Shown one piece after another: positions 28,530-40,784 of a stretch of 64,000 nucleotides of DNA. The notes under the pieces are model-generated. The model had not been told where the DNA came from. It was given only the letters and a program-made list of their open reading frames with translations, and did not search any database. The DNA comes from Eledone cirrhosa (lineage: Eukaryota): NCBI GenBank assembly GCA_964016885.1, contig OZ024744.1:61752001-61816000 (forward strand), in the 5' to 3' direction. The first letter of the stretch is position 1; every line of letters begins with the position of its first letter. The position numbers and the translations under genes are program-made.

Positions 28530-28830
28530 ATGAGAGCGCAAACATCAAGTTACATGTTGTTTGCAAAGAACTTGTCAACTGCACTAGGGAGACTTCTGGG
28601 CATATGATAGAGCATTTCATGTAAGCTCTTGCTGCTTACTGCTCCTCAGCATCTACTACATGCAAAGCTGGCATCTTTGCTAGTCTACCTGACATCCTGC
28701 AATTTTTTTATGTACCCGTAGTTTACATTTGGAACATATAAGAGAATTTCTACCTACATCTTTCCTGCATACTAAGCAAGGTCATTTCTCTGGTGGAATC
28801 AAGGCATTGTTTTCCTTTCTACTTATTAGG
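28530..28830 (-). mobile_element. RTE LINE fragment containing a PHD-like zinc finger
   Basis: Decayed translation PCLVCRKDVGRNSLICSKCKLRVHKKC...FACSRC. Confidence 0.7.
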
Positions 28831-28959
28831 ACACTGTTACTACACATGGGACAGTGTTGCTGCTGCTCACACTGACATCATAGATCAGAGTGAAAGAAAA
28901 GCCACCTAACTGATTAGCATCCTGTTGTTATCTAACTCCAGTCTCTGGCCCTCAATAGT

Positions 28960-29410
28960 TCTGCCTCTTCTCTCTACCTTTCCTCCCACTACTACAACGG
29001 TCTCTGCTCAGTGCTGGATTTACCATTGTGCCTAAGCACAGGGCCCTGTTGGTCAGGGGGTGGGGGGCATCTTGCAGCCGAAAAAACTTTTTGTACAATG
29101 AATTTTTTAAATGCTTGGGGCCTCATAACTTAACTAGCACAGGGCCTCATTTGTCCAAAATCCAGCAGTGTTACTGCTCCTCAATCCTGGCTGATTTCAT
29201 GTCACCTCCACTTGTCTCTACTTCTCTCATCACCCATATTGTGCCTCCTCTACCTTGCACTAACCACTACATTCAGTCATTTTACCCCAGAGCATCAAAT
29301 GTCTGGAATTCCTTCCTGTTCTTAATCTCCATGTTTTATTTTTCCTGTAGTAATTCAATAGAAACATTAAGTATGCCAATCTCACCAGTAATATAATGGA
29401 ATTAAATAAT
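28960..29410 (+). mobile_element. CR1/L2-type LINE 3' fragment interrupted by a hAT MITE (29009-29170)
   Basis: CTNHYIQSFYPRASNVWNS resembles the SFFPR..WNSLP C-terminal motif. MITE TIRs are cagtgctggattt / aaatccagcagtg. Confidence 0.6.
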
Positions 29411-30416
29411 GTAAAGACTCTTATGTAATATAGCAATGAAAGAAGCCTTTTATTATCCATGCAAATTAAAAGACAAAATTTTCTTCTGTAAGAGGTGGAA
29501 AATTCAGAATCTAAAAAAAAAAAAGACAGGCAAGTGAGACAACTCCAATGAAAGCAAATAATTAAACATTTATATTTAGTATCCAGAATTCTTTACCAAG
29601 GTATTTTACTTCCCTCGTCCATATTTGTTGACATTCAGAATAATTGGTTGTCTCTTGTGAAGAGGTTGCTTAAAGCAGAAAAGAGTGGTTTATCTCCCCT
29701 TCCATTTAACACTTGAAAACTAGAGCACAACATGCGCACATACGTACACACACAATCACGCATGGATACACACATATATACATATTCACACACAAACACA
29801 CATACATGCATTCATAAATATACACACATACTAATGAGTCACTTTTGGTTCTAGGATCTACTTATTTTTATTATGGATAAACAAAATTGGCGTTCTCTAA
29901 TTATATTATGTGTGAACACATGCACGTGCACTTCCCATGTATGTATGTGTGTGTGTGTGTGTATGTGTGTGTGTATGTTCTGGTTTTATAATTTCACAAA
30001 GTTTTCCCAATAGAGAGAGAGTCGGTTTCTAACATAGACACAAGACTCTCTCATTGGAATTTACACAACATCAACTAGGTAGATATGTTTGTATACATGC
30101 ATGTGTAGATATGGATGTTATTGTATGTGTGGATGTGTATGTTTTGAGTTGTATGTGTGCATGTGTATATGCTTTGTATCTGTACATGTGTATATGCAGT
30201 TGTATGTATGTGTATGAATTCTTTTACTGTTTTCAGTCATATGACTGCGGCCAAGCTAGGGACCGCCTTAAAAGGGATTTAGTTGATCATATTGACAACA
30301 GTACTAATTTCTTCAAGTTTGTTCTATATTTTATCAATCTATCTATACACACACACACACACATACACATACATGGGAAGTGCACGTGCATGTGTTCACA
30401 CATTATAATTAGAGAA

Positions 30417-30601
30417 GCGGTGGATTGGCGGTATCGGTAGAGAGTCAGACACCATGCTTTGAAGCATAGAGTTACGTCCCTTTATGATCTGAGTTCAAAT
30501 CCCGCCGAGGTTAACTTTGCCTTTCATCCTTACGGGGTCGATAAAATAAAGTACCAGTAATGTACTGGGTAATTGCTGGCCTTGTGCCTAAAATAGAAAC
30601 A
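30417..30601 (+). mobile_element. Young tRNA-derived Nin/Deu-core SINE with perfect 15-bp TSD
   Basis: A box tggcggtatcgg, B box gttcaaatccc and core gcctttcatccttacggggtcgataaa. TSD attataattagagaa at 30402-30416 and 30602-30616. Confidence 0.9.
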
Positions 30602-30830
30602 ATTATAATTAGAGAACGCCAATTTTGTTTATCCATAATTAAAAATTATATATATATATATGAAGGAGCATAGAGTGCTCAACCGGCATACCGCCTATGG
30701 ATGCATCCAAGCAACCTTGCTACAAATATATATATATATATAATGTAGGAGGTGAGTTTTATTGTAGCACAATAAAGCAATGCAAATATCGGCTAAGTAG
30801 CACTCTACAGTTTGTAGGACTGGAGTATAA

Positions 30831-31064
30831 ATAATATAAGAATAAAAGATGGTTAAAAGAGTTCTAAGTATTTTATTATGCGCATTTCAAAAACAAATAT
30901 CATCATGAGATGATATCTGAGTTTTCATCAGATAAAATAGGGATACATGATATGAAGGTTAAAAAACACTTGTGAATAGTGAAGTTTTAAATCAACATAT
31001 TGATTTAAAATGCGCATAATAAAGTACTTAGAACTCTTTTAACCATCTTTTGATCTTATATTAT
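30831..31064. repeat. Foldback palindrome in (TA)n
   Basis: aaaagatggttaaaagagttctaagta...tgcgcattt pairs with aaatgcgca...tacttagaactcttttaaccatctttt. Confidence 0.85.
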
Positions 31065-31077
31065 ATATATATATATT

Positions 31078-31780
31078 TGTAAGATGCCGCTTACTATCTG
31101 CCAGCGCTAAATACTCAGGTGACTGGGTTGATGCCCTACCCGTGGCCAACGTTGGTGGACTACTCAGCCTAGACGAACTTCGTATCTCCATCGCCCTCAG
31201 AGTGGGAGCTGATGTCTGCATGGGTTTGAGGTGTCGATGCGGCAAACTCCTCGACTCCACAGGCCTCCACGGTATTACTTGCCACCTGAATGCCGACCGC
31301 TTCGCGCGTCACACGGAGCTAAACCTCATTCTGAAGAGAGCTTTGGGCCGGGTAAACATCCCCTCAATCTTAGAACCATCTGGGTTGTCCAGAAGTGACG
31401 GCAAAAGACCTGACGGCCTAACCCTGTGCCCCTGGTCGAGAGGCAGGTGCTTTATCTGGGACGTCACAGTTAATGAATCTAGCGAGGGCCCTTGGTTGTT
31501 CCAGCGCATCAGCCTCGCCATCACCCGAGGTAACGCTGCGAATGTGTTGGCTTGCCTAAAAAAATCATTAGAGAGGTTTCCCAGTACTCCTCGTGGTGGT
31601 GACTCGGTTGTTTACCCCTTCTTTTACATTTTCTTTAATATTGCAACATTAAAGGAATATATCCTTCTGAAAGAATCGCGAGCAATTAATAATGTTATTT
31701 ACGCATGTGTAATGTTATTTATGTATATATTTAAAACATATTTGTTACGTTATTCTACTGTAAATTTATTTATATACTTT
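31078..31780 (+). mobile_element. CRE-type non-LTR retrotransposon 3' fragment (restriction-like endonuclease)
   Basis: CRCG...HGITC (CCHC), RH, EP..L, KRPDG...WDVTV and FQRISLAITRGNA. Internally deleted after DVTV. (TA)n on both sides. Confidence 0.85.
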
Positions 31781-32309
31781 ATATATATATATATGTGTGT
31801 GTGTGTAGAGTACTGGGCCATGAGTCCATGACCTCCGACCCTCAGATATGAAGATGGGATAAGGTTAGGCTAGGCATATATATATATATTTACACACACA
31901 CACATATGTATAAATGTTGTTTACAACTATGTTCCAGCTTCTGTACAGTGTTGGCTTAGCTGAAAGTCAATGTAACTCACATGAAACAAATATAACTAGA
32001 TTTTGACATTTGAAATCTGAAAGTACATTTCAGATATCTATAATAATAGATGATAACTATAAATAGGCAGAGTAAAGCAACAATGAACATTTCGTTTGTC
32101 AAACTATCATAAAGTTAATTGTATTAACTTGATGAGTCTGTATCTTCAGCCATGCCCACCTTTTAATATAATATCTATATCATGGATACCCCCTACGCAC
32201 ACACACACCCAAACAAAAAGTGGATCATTGGAGTATTCTCTATGAGTCTCAGACCATTACAAAAAGAAGTTACTGACCTCTGCCAATTGTCTAAAGTCTA
32301 AGTTTAAAG

Positions 32310-32516
32310 CCTGTCTTAAGCCAGATGGCTCGGCAGGCCGTGCTTATGCCGGTTTCATGGTATGGAGTGACCGAGAGTACAAGACTCCCCCTGGACAGCA
32401 TGCCAGTCCTTCACAGGGTTAAACCCCCAGCTATTGCTGGTACATGCAACCCAGTCCAGGAATTGAACCCACATGATCATAAGTCCAACAGTCTTACCAC
32501 TATGCTACGCGCCTCC
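32310..32516 (-). mobile_element. tRNA-derived SINE
   Basis: Minus-strand head ggaggcgcgtagcatagtggtaagac. The tail matches the plus-strand copy at 48700-48965. Confidence 0.65.
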
Positions 32517-33714
32517 AATTGTACTCTGGAAAAATCCTGCCTCATAAAGACTATGGTCTACAGCGTCATCTTCACACCACTAGATGGTATCCAGAGGAAC
32601 TATACTTGTCTAACAGCAATGGACTTTAAGGGCACTACTTTAGGGGCAGGGATAGAGAAAATTCCACTTTCTTAAACCTTTTCATCTGGAGGCTTCAAAT
32701 GGAATAGCCTAGACAAAGTAGCCCCCCCCCCCCCCCCCACACACACACACTTTGGGAACTGCAACTTCCATCTTTGCCTCTGCAAGAGGTTGCAGATATT
32801 ACAGTAACCTCTGATATTTATCAACAGGAAAACCAACCTAACATTGTGCAGTTGGTCATTTATTTGGTAATATATTATGCGGCATCACACTGTTAGTTTG
32901 TTCCGGTTTATCAGAACTTATGGATTAGTTCGGTGATTGGTTGTAGGTTGGATCGGGTTCGTTGGGATATGTAATTAAGGAGAAAAACATTCAGGTGGTC
33001 GAACTGTATGCGAGGAACACGGCCAATTACGTAATGGGTTCGTAGTCGCTGCAGATAATAATTATTGTTTAGAAAGAAACCACGCAATATGACGACTGCA
33101 TTAGGAATAGGAAAATAACATTATTTCAATAAAAACAGTTATGGTTACACACACAAATCATTGTTTGTTGATCATTTGAATCTGAATAAATGCCTTCTTT
33201 GTAACTTGAGAGGTCCTGTCTGACATTGACCGATAAAGTTTTCAAGTATTCATTACTTTAACAGTGTTTCGTTATATATAAGTAAGTCTAACTTTACAAA
33301 AGTTTATTTTAGTGAAATAATTCCACTTCATAGTTATTATTTAACCTGGATTATTTATATTTAGAAATGTTTTATCTTTATAAAAGTAGAACGGCAGATT
33401 TATTTAACATTTCAAAACTGTTTTAATATTACAGTCATTTTACCTCGTTAGTTTTATACATGTAGTTGCGTTGCAGCTATATACAACATATAAGATGGTG
33501 AACTGGGATGTAAGCTTGTATTAATATTTCGTTCACGTGGATGTTGTCGTCATCAAAACTATCGATCATCCGACACAATGATGACCCACCACTTCTGATG
33601 TCAAACATACTTAAAAGATTGCGTCATCTTATAAGCATGCCGCCTGTAATAACACTGCTACTGATGTTACTTGCTGCAGTAGTAATATCAGTAGTAGTGA
33701 AACTACACCGTTCA

Positions 33715-33978
33715 TTTCTCTCTACTCTGTACTCTTTATAGTATCAGGATTAAATTAGTTTCTTTCTCTATCCTACGTGTACTCTTTACAGTATTATAGT
33801 TGAATTAGTTTCTTTCTCTATCTTCTCTGTACTCTTTACAGTATTATAGTTTATTTCTCTATCTACTCTGTACTCTTTACAGTATCATGATTAAATTAGT
33901 TTCTTTCTCTATCTTCTCTGTACTATTTACAGTATTATAGTTGAATTAGCTTCTCTATCTTCTGTACTCTTTATAGTA
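33715..33978. repeat. Tandem repeat of about 50 bp, 5-6 imperfect copies
   Basis: Unit tttctctatcttctctgtactctttacagtattatagttgaattagtttc. Confidence 0.85.
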
Positions 33979-34690
33979 GCAGAGCTGTCTTCGCATGGAT
34001 TACATCTTTCGTACTGTTGGTTCTCTTGTAAATTTAATATTTTATATTAAAGTGACACACTAAACAAACACAGTTTTAAGAGTCTAGTTTTTATTAAGTC
34101 GTATTACTTCATCGTAAAAAAATACAAAAAAAAAATTGATTATTAACATTATCAGTGACAATATAAATCTCTAAAGAAAAAGATTTACCGGATTCATTGC
34201 GTATATACATGATATGGTTAGAGTTGCCTTGTCGGTTCGTCTGAGCGAAACATGCGAAATGAATCCGTTGAATTAGGCAGGATATTTTCATTTTCTTCAA
34301 AGGATATTTGTTGTTAATGATTTCCTTTAATTTCCTTCTCAATAATTTATTAAAGGTTAAAGTTTATTTTATAGCCATAAAACAACGAAGCTATACAACA
34401 ATACATGTGTTAAATACTTTCGCTGGTAACGTAATACTTTCCGTTTTTTATTTGTCGTTCATTTGCTCTTTTTGATTTTATTGAATAAAAAATAAAATTA
34501 TAAAAGCCCTTCGTTAACATAAGAACTTTTAACACATTGTACACATGATAAATACAATATCCCTCCCCCCGGCCTGGAACGCAAATAAATAAATAAAAAT
34601 ATATAACGCATAGAGTCAAACAAATAAAAACCATTCAGATCTAGCTGTCAAAACGGCCGCAGCTCAGCCGTAGGGGTCCTCACTCTTTTC

Positions 34691-34761
<71 letters not shown>

Positions 34762-35122
34762 ATAATAATAATTTGATAATAATCCTTTGATATAATTCTT
34801 AATACCTACCTTATATGTTTTCATTATACCATTCTGCTTACATTACATATGTAATTTATTATAATTGATATTTTTGTTATAATATTCTTGTTATAATATT
34901 TTGCTGTAATTAATAATCATATCCTTATATATAACCTATACCCCCAATTATTTATATTATAGCTTTATTATAATTTTTCATTACAATTTTTATGTCTGTT
35001 CAATTTTTATACTCTTGCTCTATAATGTATTGATGTAAATACTTATATTTAGTCTTCTCACCTATAATGTATCCTGCTAAATGTTCAAGTGAATAGGAAT
35101 AGATTTGTTTTAACCTTTGTAT

Positions 35123-35167
35123 GCTCCGATGATTTCAGACTTATATCTGAATGAAACGATCGTAAGT
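35123..35167 (+). ncRNA. Minimal type I hammerhead ribozyme motif (one core substitution)
   Basis: gct-CCGATGA-t-ttcaga(cttata)tctgaa-t-GAAAC-gatc-GTA-agt, with palindromic stem III acgatcgt. Follows an AT-rich tract like a PLE 3' end. Confidence 0.6.
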
Positions 35168-35181
35168 TATTAAATGTTTTA

Positions 35182-36941
35182 AACACCACAGGGTGTACAA
35201 AAATGGGACATTACAAGACGTGACGGCGGGGGTTTTACATAAAAACTTTAACAATGATGAATAACAATAAACTATATATAAAATAAAACAATCGAAATCC
35301 CCATTAGGGGGGGGGGCGTTACTGCAGAGTTGTTTACACCCCCGTGGATAGAACAACCCTCAACACCAGGAACACGCTTTGTAGGTGTACCCGTCTTCCC
35401 TCTGTTTATCTTTCTCAATCTACAGAAAAGGCCCATTCACTCGGGCCATTTTCGCCACATTCACCCACCTTTCAGCGAATTTACTAGATTGTATCATAGC
35501 CTCAGCGCGTGTTTTCTCATCAGCCACGGCATGCCCAGCTCTCCATTAGAAGGGTGTTGACAGCAGATGGATCTCCTCACCAATGGAGCCTGTTTCTTTC
35601 AGAGGAACTTGAAGAGTAGGCGTTCCATTGTGGTGAGGTGTTCGCTGGTACAAGGCACAACTGTCAAGTGGTAGTAGATGACGGACGTTATGTAAGTGTT
35701 CTCCACCTCCGCTCGACCTTTCAAGGAGTGTTTGCACTCAGCCCACTTCTGGGTGAGTGCAAACACCTTCCCCGTTACCTCGTTCCAGTTCTTGTCCACC
35801 TGGAAGTCTGGACCAAACCAGACCCCGAGCAATTTCACTGGTCCTTCCGTCAAGCGATCAACAACACTGTTGGAAGGCATGGGTTTGCCTCTCCATGTGC
35901 CGAGTTGCAAACCGATAGACTTGTTTGGGTTTAGTCTTACTCCTGCCAACGTTTCGTATTCCTCTAATAGGTTGCCGATTACCCCGATTTCCGAGGTTTT
36001 CGACACCATTACGGTTACGTCGTTGGTATAGGCCAACACTGCTTTTCGCAGTCCTGGTTTGATCAGGATGCCCTGCAACAGCTCCAGCTTTCGCAGTAAT
36101 GGCTCGAGAGTCAGTACATACAGAATGGAGCAGAGAGGGCATCCCTGACGGATGGAACGCATGATTTGGAATGGCCGCCTTGAGAAACGCTTCCAAGTAT
36201 TGATAGTCAACCCTATCAAATGCCTTAGACTGATCTAAATTGATCAGAGCCCCACCGAAGCCAGGTTTACACCCTACCCTCTCTATGATGTATCGCATGA
36301 GGTGGTGGTTGTCGTGTATGGACCTGGTCGGGATTGCACACGTTTGCGCTTCCGCTACCAGGTTCTCGATGACAGGTGCCAGCCTTGTTGCTAATACCTT
36401 GGCCAAAATTATTAACTCTGTGTTGAGCTGAGTTATGGGCCTGAAATTGCTTATCTTATCCCCCTTGTTATCATCTTTCCTGATCAGCATTACTACGCCT
36501 CGGCCTACAGAACTGGGAATCCTCCCGTTTTGCTGCCAGTTGCAGTAGACCGCTTCGAGGACGCCAGAGAACAAGTCTGACATGCCTATGTAAAACTCAG
36601 TGTAGACCATCTAAACCAAGTGATTTGCATTTCCCACAGCGGCCTAGGGCATCTTCTATTTCGCCCGCTGTGATGGGCTTTTCGCAGCTCTCTTCATCCG
36701 TGCTCGAGAGTCGTGGTAGGCCGTCGAGGCAGGAACTGAAATCCATCACCTCACTCGGCGTACCGCTTTGCCCGAACAGTTGTGCAAAGTGCTAATGGAA
36801 GGCCGCGCACATCTGCTTGGATTCAAATAGAATGCGTCCATCTTTATCTTGCAAAGACAGAATTGTGGATTTGTTGCCACTTTTCGCCTCTGCCACTCGG
36901 GCCCAGCTAACAGCTTTGGCATCCTTCGTTTCTTAGAGCAC
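35182..36941 (-). mobile_element. Second Tx1-clade LINE copy, 5'-truncated with internal deletions
   Basis: NFRPITQLNTE, INLDQSKAFDRV, RQGCPL and YTNDVTV, colinear with 37835-39545. Its 5' end abuts (GATA)4. Confidence 0.9.
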
Positions 36942-37191
36942 AGATAGATAGATAGATATGTTTCATTTTATTTGCCACCAGAGCATCAAAAAGTGGGACA
37001 AGTACAATGGGGGGGAGTTTACATAAAAAGACGAGTAAAGAAAACAAATAACAAATATAAAATGAACAATAAAGTTCTCAATAGGGAGGGGGGCGTTTGG
37101 GGGGTCGCACACACCCTCGAAAAAAGTGTGCAACCCCTTCTCCTCGGGAGCACAGAGAGAGGGTGCTCCCTCGTTCCTCCCTCTTTTCCAC

Positions 37192-40100
37192 TTACAGGCT
37201 GATGTAAAGAGAAGGCCCATTCACACGGGCCATTCTCGCCACTTTCACCCACCTTTCATAAAAACGACTGGGGTGGTGCAACTCTCTCTCCATCCTGATC
37301 CTTCTTCCGAAATGATATCGGAAGAAACGGACCAGTTGTTGGCCAGAGAGAAAGGTGTCTGACCTCAGTCCTTTCAGACGCGTCCACCATACAACCTCTT
37401 TCACCATGGCTATTACGCACAGAAACACCGCCTCTCCTTCATTTTTGAAGGGGGGAGGCGGCTTGATCTTTACAATAGACTCGGTGGTCAACCGGATCGG
37501 TCCCACCCTTGACAGCAGTTGTTCGACATAGCCCCACAGATCGGCTACGCCCGAGCAGTGTACCAATGCGTGTGCAACGGTTTCCTCGTCGCACATGCAT
37601 CTGGGACAGATCTTTTTGGCGCTTTTCTCGAACGGGTAGAGCCCCTCGGTAGCACTGCCAGGCCAGGGATTTCTGGAAGTTGTCCATAGGTCCCGGGCTG
37701 AATGTCCTACCGAACAGGCTGGCCAGTTCGTCTTCCTCCATGTCTAGGGCTTGTCCGAGGGCGTCGTCGCACCTGCTGCGTACCAGCCCTCTATAGAATG
37801 TCGCGGTGGAGTCTCCACTGATAACCGGGTCCGCCTACCAGAGGGCGGTGAGCGCCTGGGCACACTCAATGTGCCAGGCGCCCAGTTTTCTCGGTCTTTG
37901 CTTGACCCAGGATTGCAGCTCGGCGAGTGAGACGAGTCTGGGAAAGGTTCGTCTCACAAACGAGGCCCACACCGGTTGCCCGGTGAGGAATACGTGGAGG
38001 TGCCGTAGCCTTAATGCGTGTTTACGCATCATTAGCCACGGCATCCCCAGCCCTCCTTTCGAAGGGTGTTGACAGCAGATGGATCTCCTCACCAAAGGAA
38101 CCCGCTTTTTCCAAAGGAATTGGAAGAGTGCGCACTCCATCCTGGCGAGGGTTTCCCTTGGGCAAGGCACGACGGTCAGGCGGTAGTAGATGACGGACGC
38201 TATATAGGTGTTCGCCACCTCCGCCTGACCTTTCAGGGATAGTTTGCAACTGGCCCACTTCTGGGTCAGTGCAAACACCCTGTTCGTAACCTCACCCCAG
38301 TTCTTCTCCCCCTGGAGGTCTGGTCCGAACCAGACCCCGAGCAACTTCACCGGGCCCTCCGTCCAGCGTCCGACGACGCCATCGGAGGGCATCGGTTTGC
38401 CCCTCCACGTGCCGAGTTGCAAACCGATCGACTTGTCCCGGTTCAGCTTAGCCCCTGTGAACCTTTCGTACTCCTCCAGTAAGGTGCCGATCGCCCCGAT
38501 TTCAGAGGCCGTCGACACCATTACTGTCACGTCATCAGCGTAGGCCGACACCGCTTTCCGCAATCCCGGTTCCAAAGGGATGCCCTGCAACAACTCCAAC
38601 TTCCGCAGTAGTGGCTCGAGAGTCAACACATACAGAAGGGAGGAGAGAGGGCACCCTTGTCGGATGGACCGCGCGATTTTGAACGGGTCCGAGAGGTAGC
38701 CGGTCACCTTGACCCTAGACCAGATGCAGCTGCTGTGCATAGCAGTGATCCAGCCCCTGAAAACGGGTCCGAAGCCTGCCGCCGCTAGCACCGCATCCAG
38801 GTAACCATGGTCGATCCTATCGAACGCCTTAGATTGATCCAAGTTGATCAGAGCCCCACCAAAGCCGGGTCCGTTCCCAACCCTCTCTATGATGTATCGC
38901 ATGAGGTGGAGGTTGTCATGGATGGACCTGGACGGGATAGCACATGTCTGCGCATCTCCCACCAGGTTGCCCACGACAAGCGCCAACCTCTTTGCTAGCA
39001 CCTTGGCCAAAATCTGTAACTCTGTATTTAGCAGAGTTATGGGCCTGAAGTTACTTATTTCGTCCCCCTTGTTCTCGTCCTTCCTCACTAGCGTGACTAC
39101 GCCTTTGGTCACAGTACAGGGAATTCTCCCGTTCTGTTGCCAGTTGCAGTAGACCGCCTCGAGGAGTTCGGGGAACAAGTCCGGCATAGCTAGATATAGT
39201 TCGTATGGAAGACCATCGAGACCCGGGGATTTTCGTTTGCCGCATTGGCTCAGCACGTCCTCTATCTCAGCGGCTGAAATCGGCTCCTCGCAGGACTTCG
39301 CCTCCCTGTCCGAGAGACGCGGCAGGCCGTCGAGGTATGGACCGAAGTTCACATCCCCAACCAGCTCCCCGCCCCTTCAGAACAATCGGGCAAAGTGCCT
39401 TTGAAAGGCCTCACACATCTGCTTAGGTTCAAGGATCACCCGTCCATCCTGGTCTCGCAAAGACCGGATGGTGGATTTAGTTCCACTCTTGGCTTCTGTC
39501 ACGCGGGCCCAGCTAACAGCTTTGGTCCCCTCGTTCCCTAGAGCACCTATTTTACTTCGGACAACGCAGCCTTCGTGCTTCGCGTCGAAAAACTGGCTCA
39601 AAGCCGTTCTCGACGCTAGCACTTTGGCCACGTCGCCGCTTCTAATTGCCTCTTCTACTCTATCTATCAGCTCCCTTTCCTTCCTATTCCTATCCGCAGC
39701 TAGAACCTTACTAAATTCTATCGAGACTAATCTAATCTCTCTCTTTAGAGATACCCACCACCTGCTGTTGACGATCGCTCCAGTCAACCGCTCCTTAACT
39801 AACATACTAATCCGGTCCCTGTAAGCTTTACTTGCCGGTAAGGACAAGTTCAGCTTCCAGTAACCGGGACCCTGTCTATGCGTTCTATCAAGGTTGACCA
39901 TGCAGGTCACCAACTTGTGGTCTGAATAGCCAGCCATGAGCATTTCTGGACAACTTAAAAAGTCCCTGTCCTTATTTCTAACTAAGAACCTATTTAGGTA
40001 CAATCTAGATGATCCGCTGCGATTTGACCAAGACCAGGTTGGCACAGTCGGAAAATCTAGTCGAAATCTATCGGCCAGGTCAAATCGGCCGAGTAACCCC

Positions 40101-40597
40101 TTGAGGCTGTTGCACCCCTCTCTATCGGGACATGCCCCTGCATAGTCCCAACGTGCATCCAGGATACCATTCCAGTCCCCCACTAAAAGCAGGGAACGGG
40201 GCGTCCCTAGAAAAGACTCCAGACGCTGGAAAAAGTCGGGCCGCTCTGTCCCAAAAGGGGCATATGCGGCTACCAGCCTAAAGGCTCCACCTTCACCACT
40301 GCCAAGGTCCAGCACCACCAGTCGACCCCCTGGGTCATAGTGAACTATCTGTGTGGCGAGACCCAGATGTTTTTGCAGCAGAACGACAACCCCACTCCCA
40401 CTACCGGGCTGACAGAGAGATGCGTGCATCTCAAAGTCATCAAAGGCGGGGGTTAGCTGTCGCATGCTGCTGATCCGGGCCTCGCAGATAACCATCACAT
40501 TTATAGATCGTGACCTGCGGTCATTTAGAAGCATTGCTTGCTTCCAAGGTGAGCCCAGGCCACGCGCATTTAGACACCCTACTCTCAGCACAGCCAT
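37192..40597 (-). pseudogene. Tx1 ORF2 (APE endonuclease, reverse transcriptase, CCHC) with two in-frame stops and one frameshift
   Basis: APE: LNARGL, GDWN, SDH. RT: SPGLDG, DQSKAFD, RQGCPLS, YADD. C-terminus: CPRC..ETVAHALVHC. ORFs 40621-39377, 39352-37835 and 37741 share one frame, which shifts near 37620. Confidence 0.92.
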
Positions 40598-40784
40598 GTT
40601 GGTGGTAAGGAGAAAAGGCACTTACCTCTCTGCGTCCCGGGGAGTGGGCCGCTCAATTTCCATGAGGGTTGGGGATGGATTGCCGGGTGGGTGGTGGTTT
40701 GTGGAAGTGTAGGGGCATCATTGTGTTGTGGGGTTGGGGTGTTTGTGGTTGAGTGGGTGTCTGGGTGGGGGGTGGGGAAATTTT

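Noticed and set aside
33578-33599. C/D box snoRNA (ATGATGA...CTGA)
   Set aside because: The boxes are only about 11 nt apart, too short for a snoRNA.
33653-33699. pre-miRNA hairpin (TAATATCAG resembles a miR-216/283-type 5' end)
   Set aside because: The hairpin is only 47 nt, the similarity is limited to about 9 nt, and the arms are low-complexity (TAG/CTA).
37835-39352. Active or domesticated reverse transcriptase, or a prokaryotic RT system (retron, DGR, group II intron)
   Set aside because: It is part of a LINE ORF2 with APE and CCHC domains, broken by stops and a frameshift, and the element is 5'-truncated.
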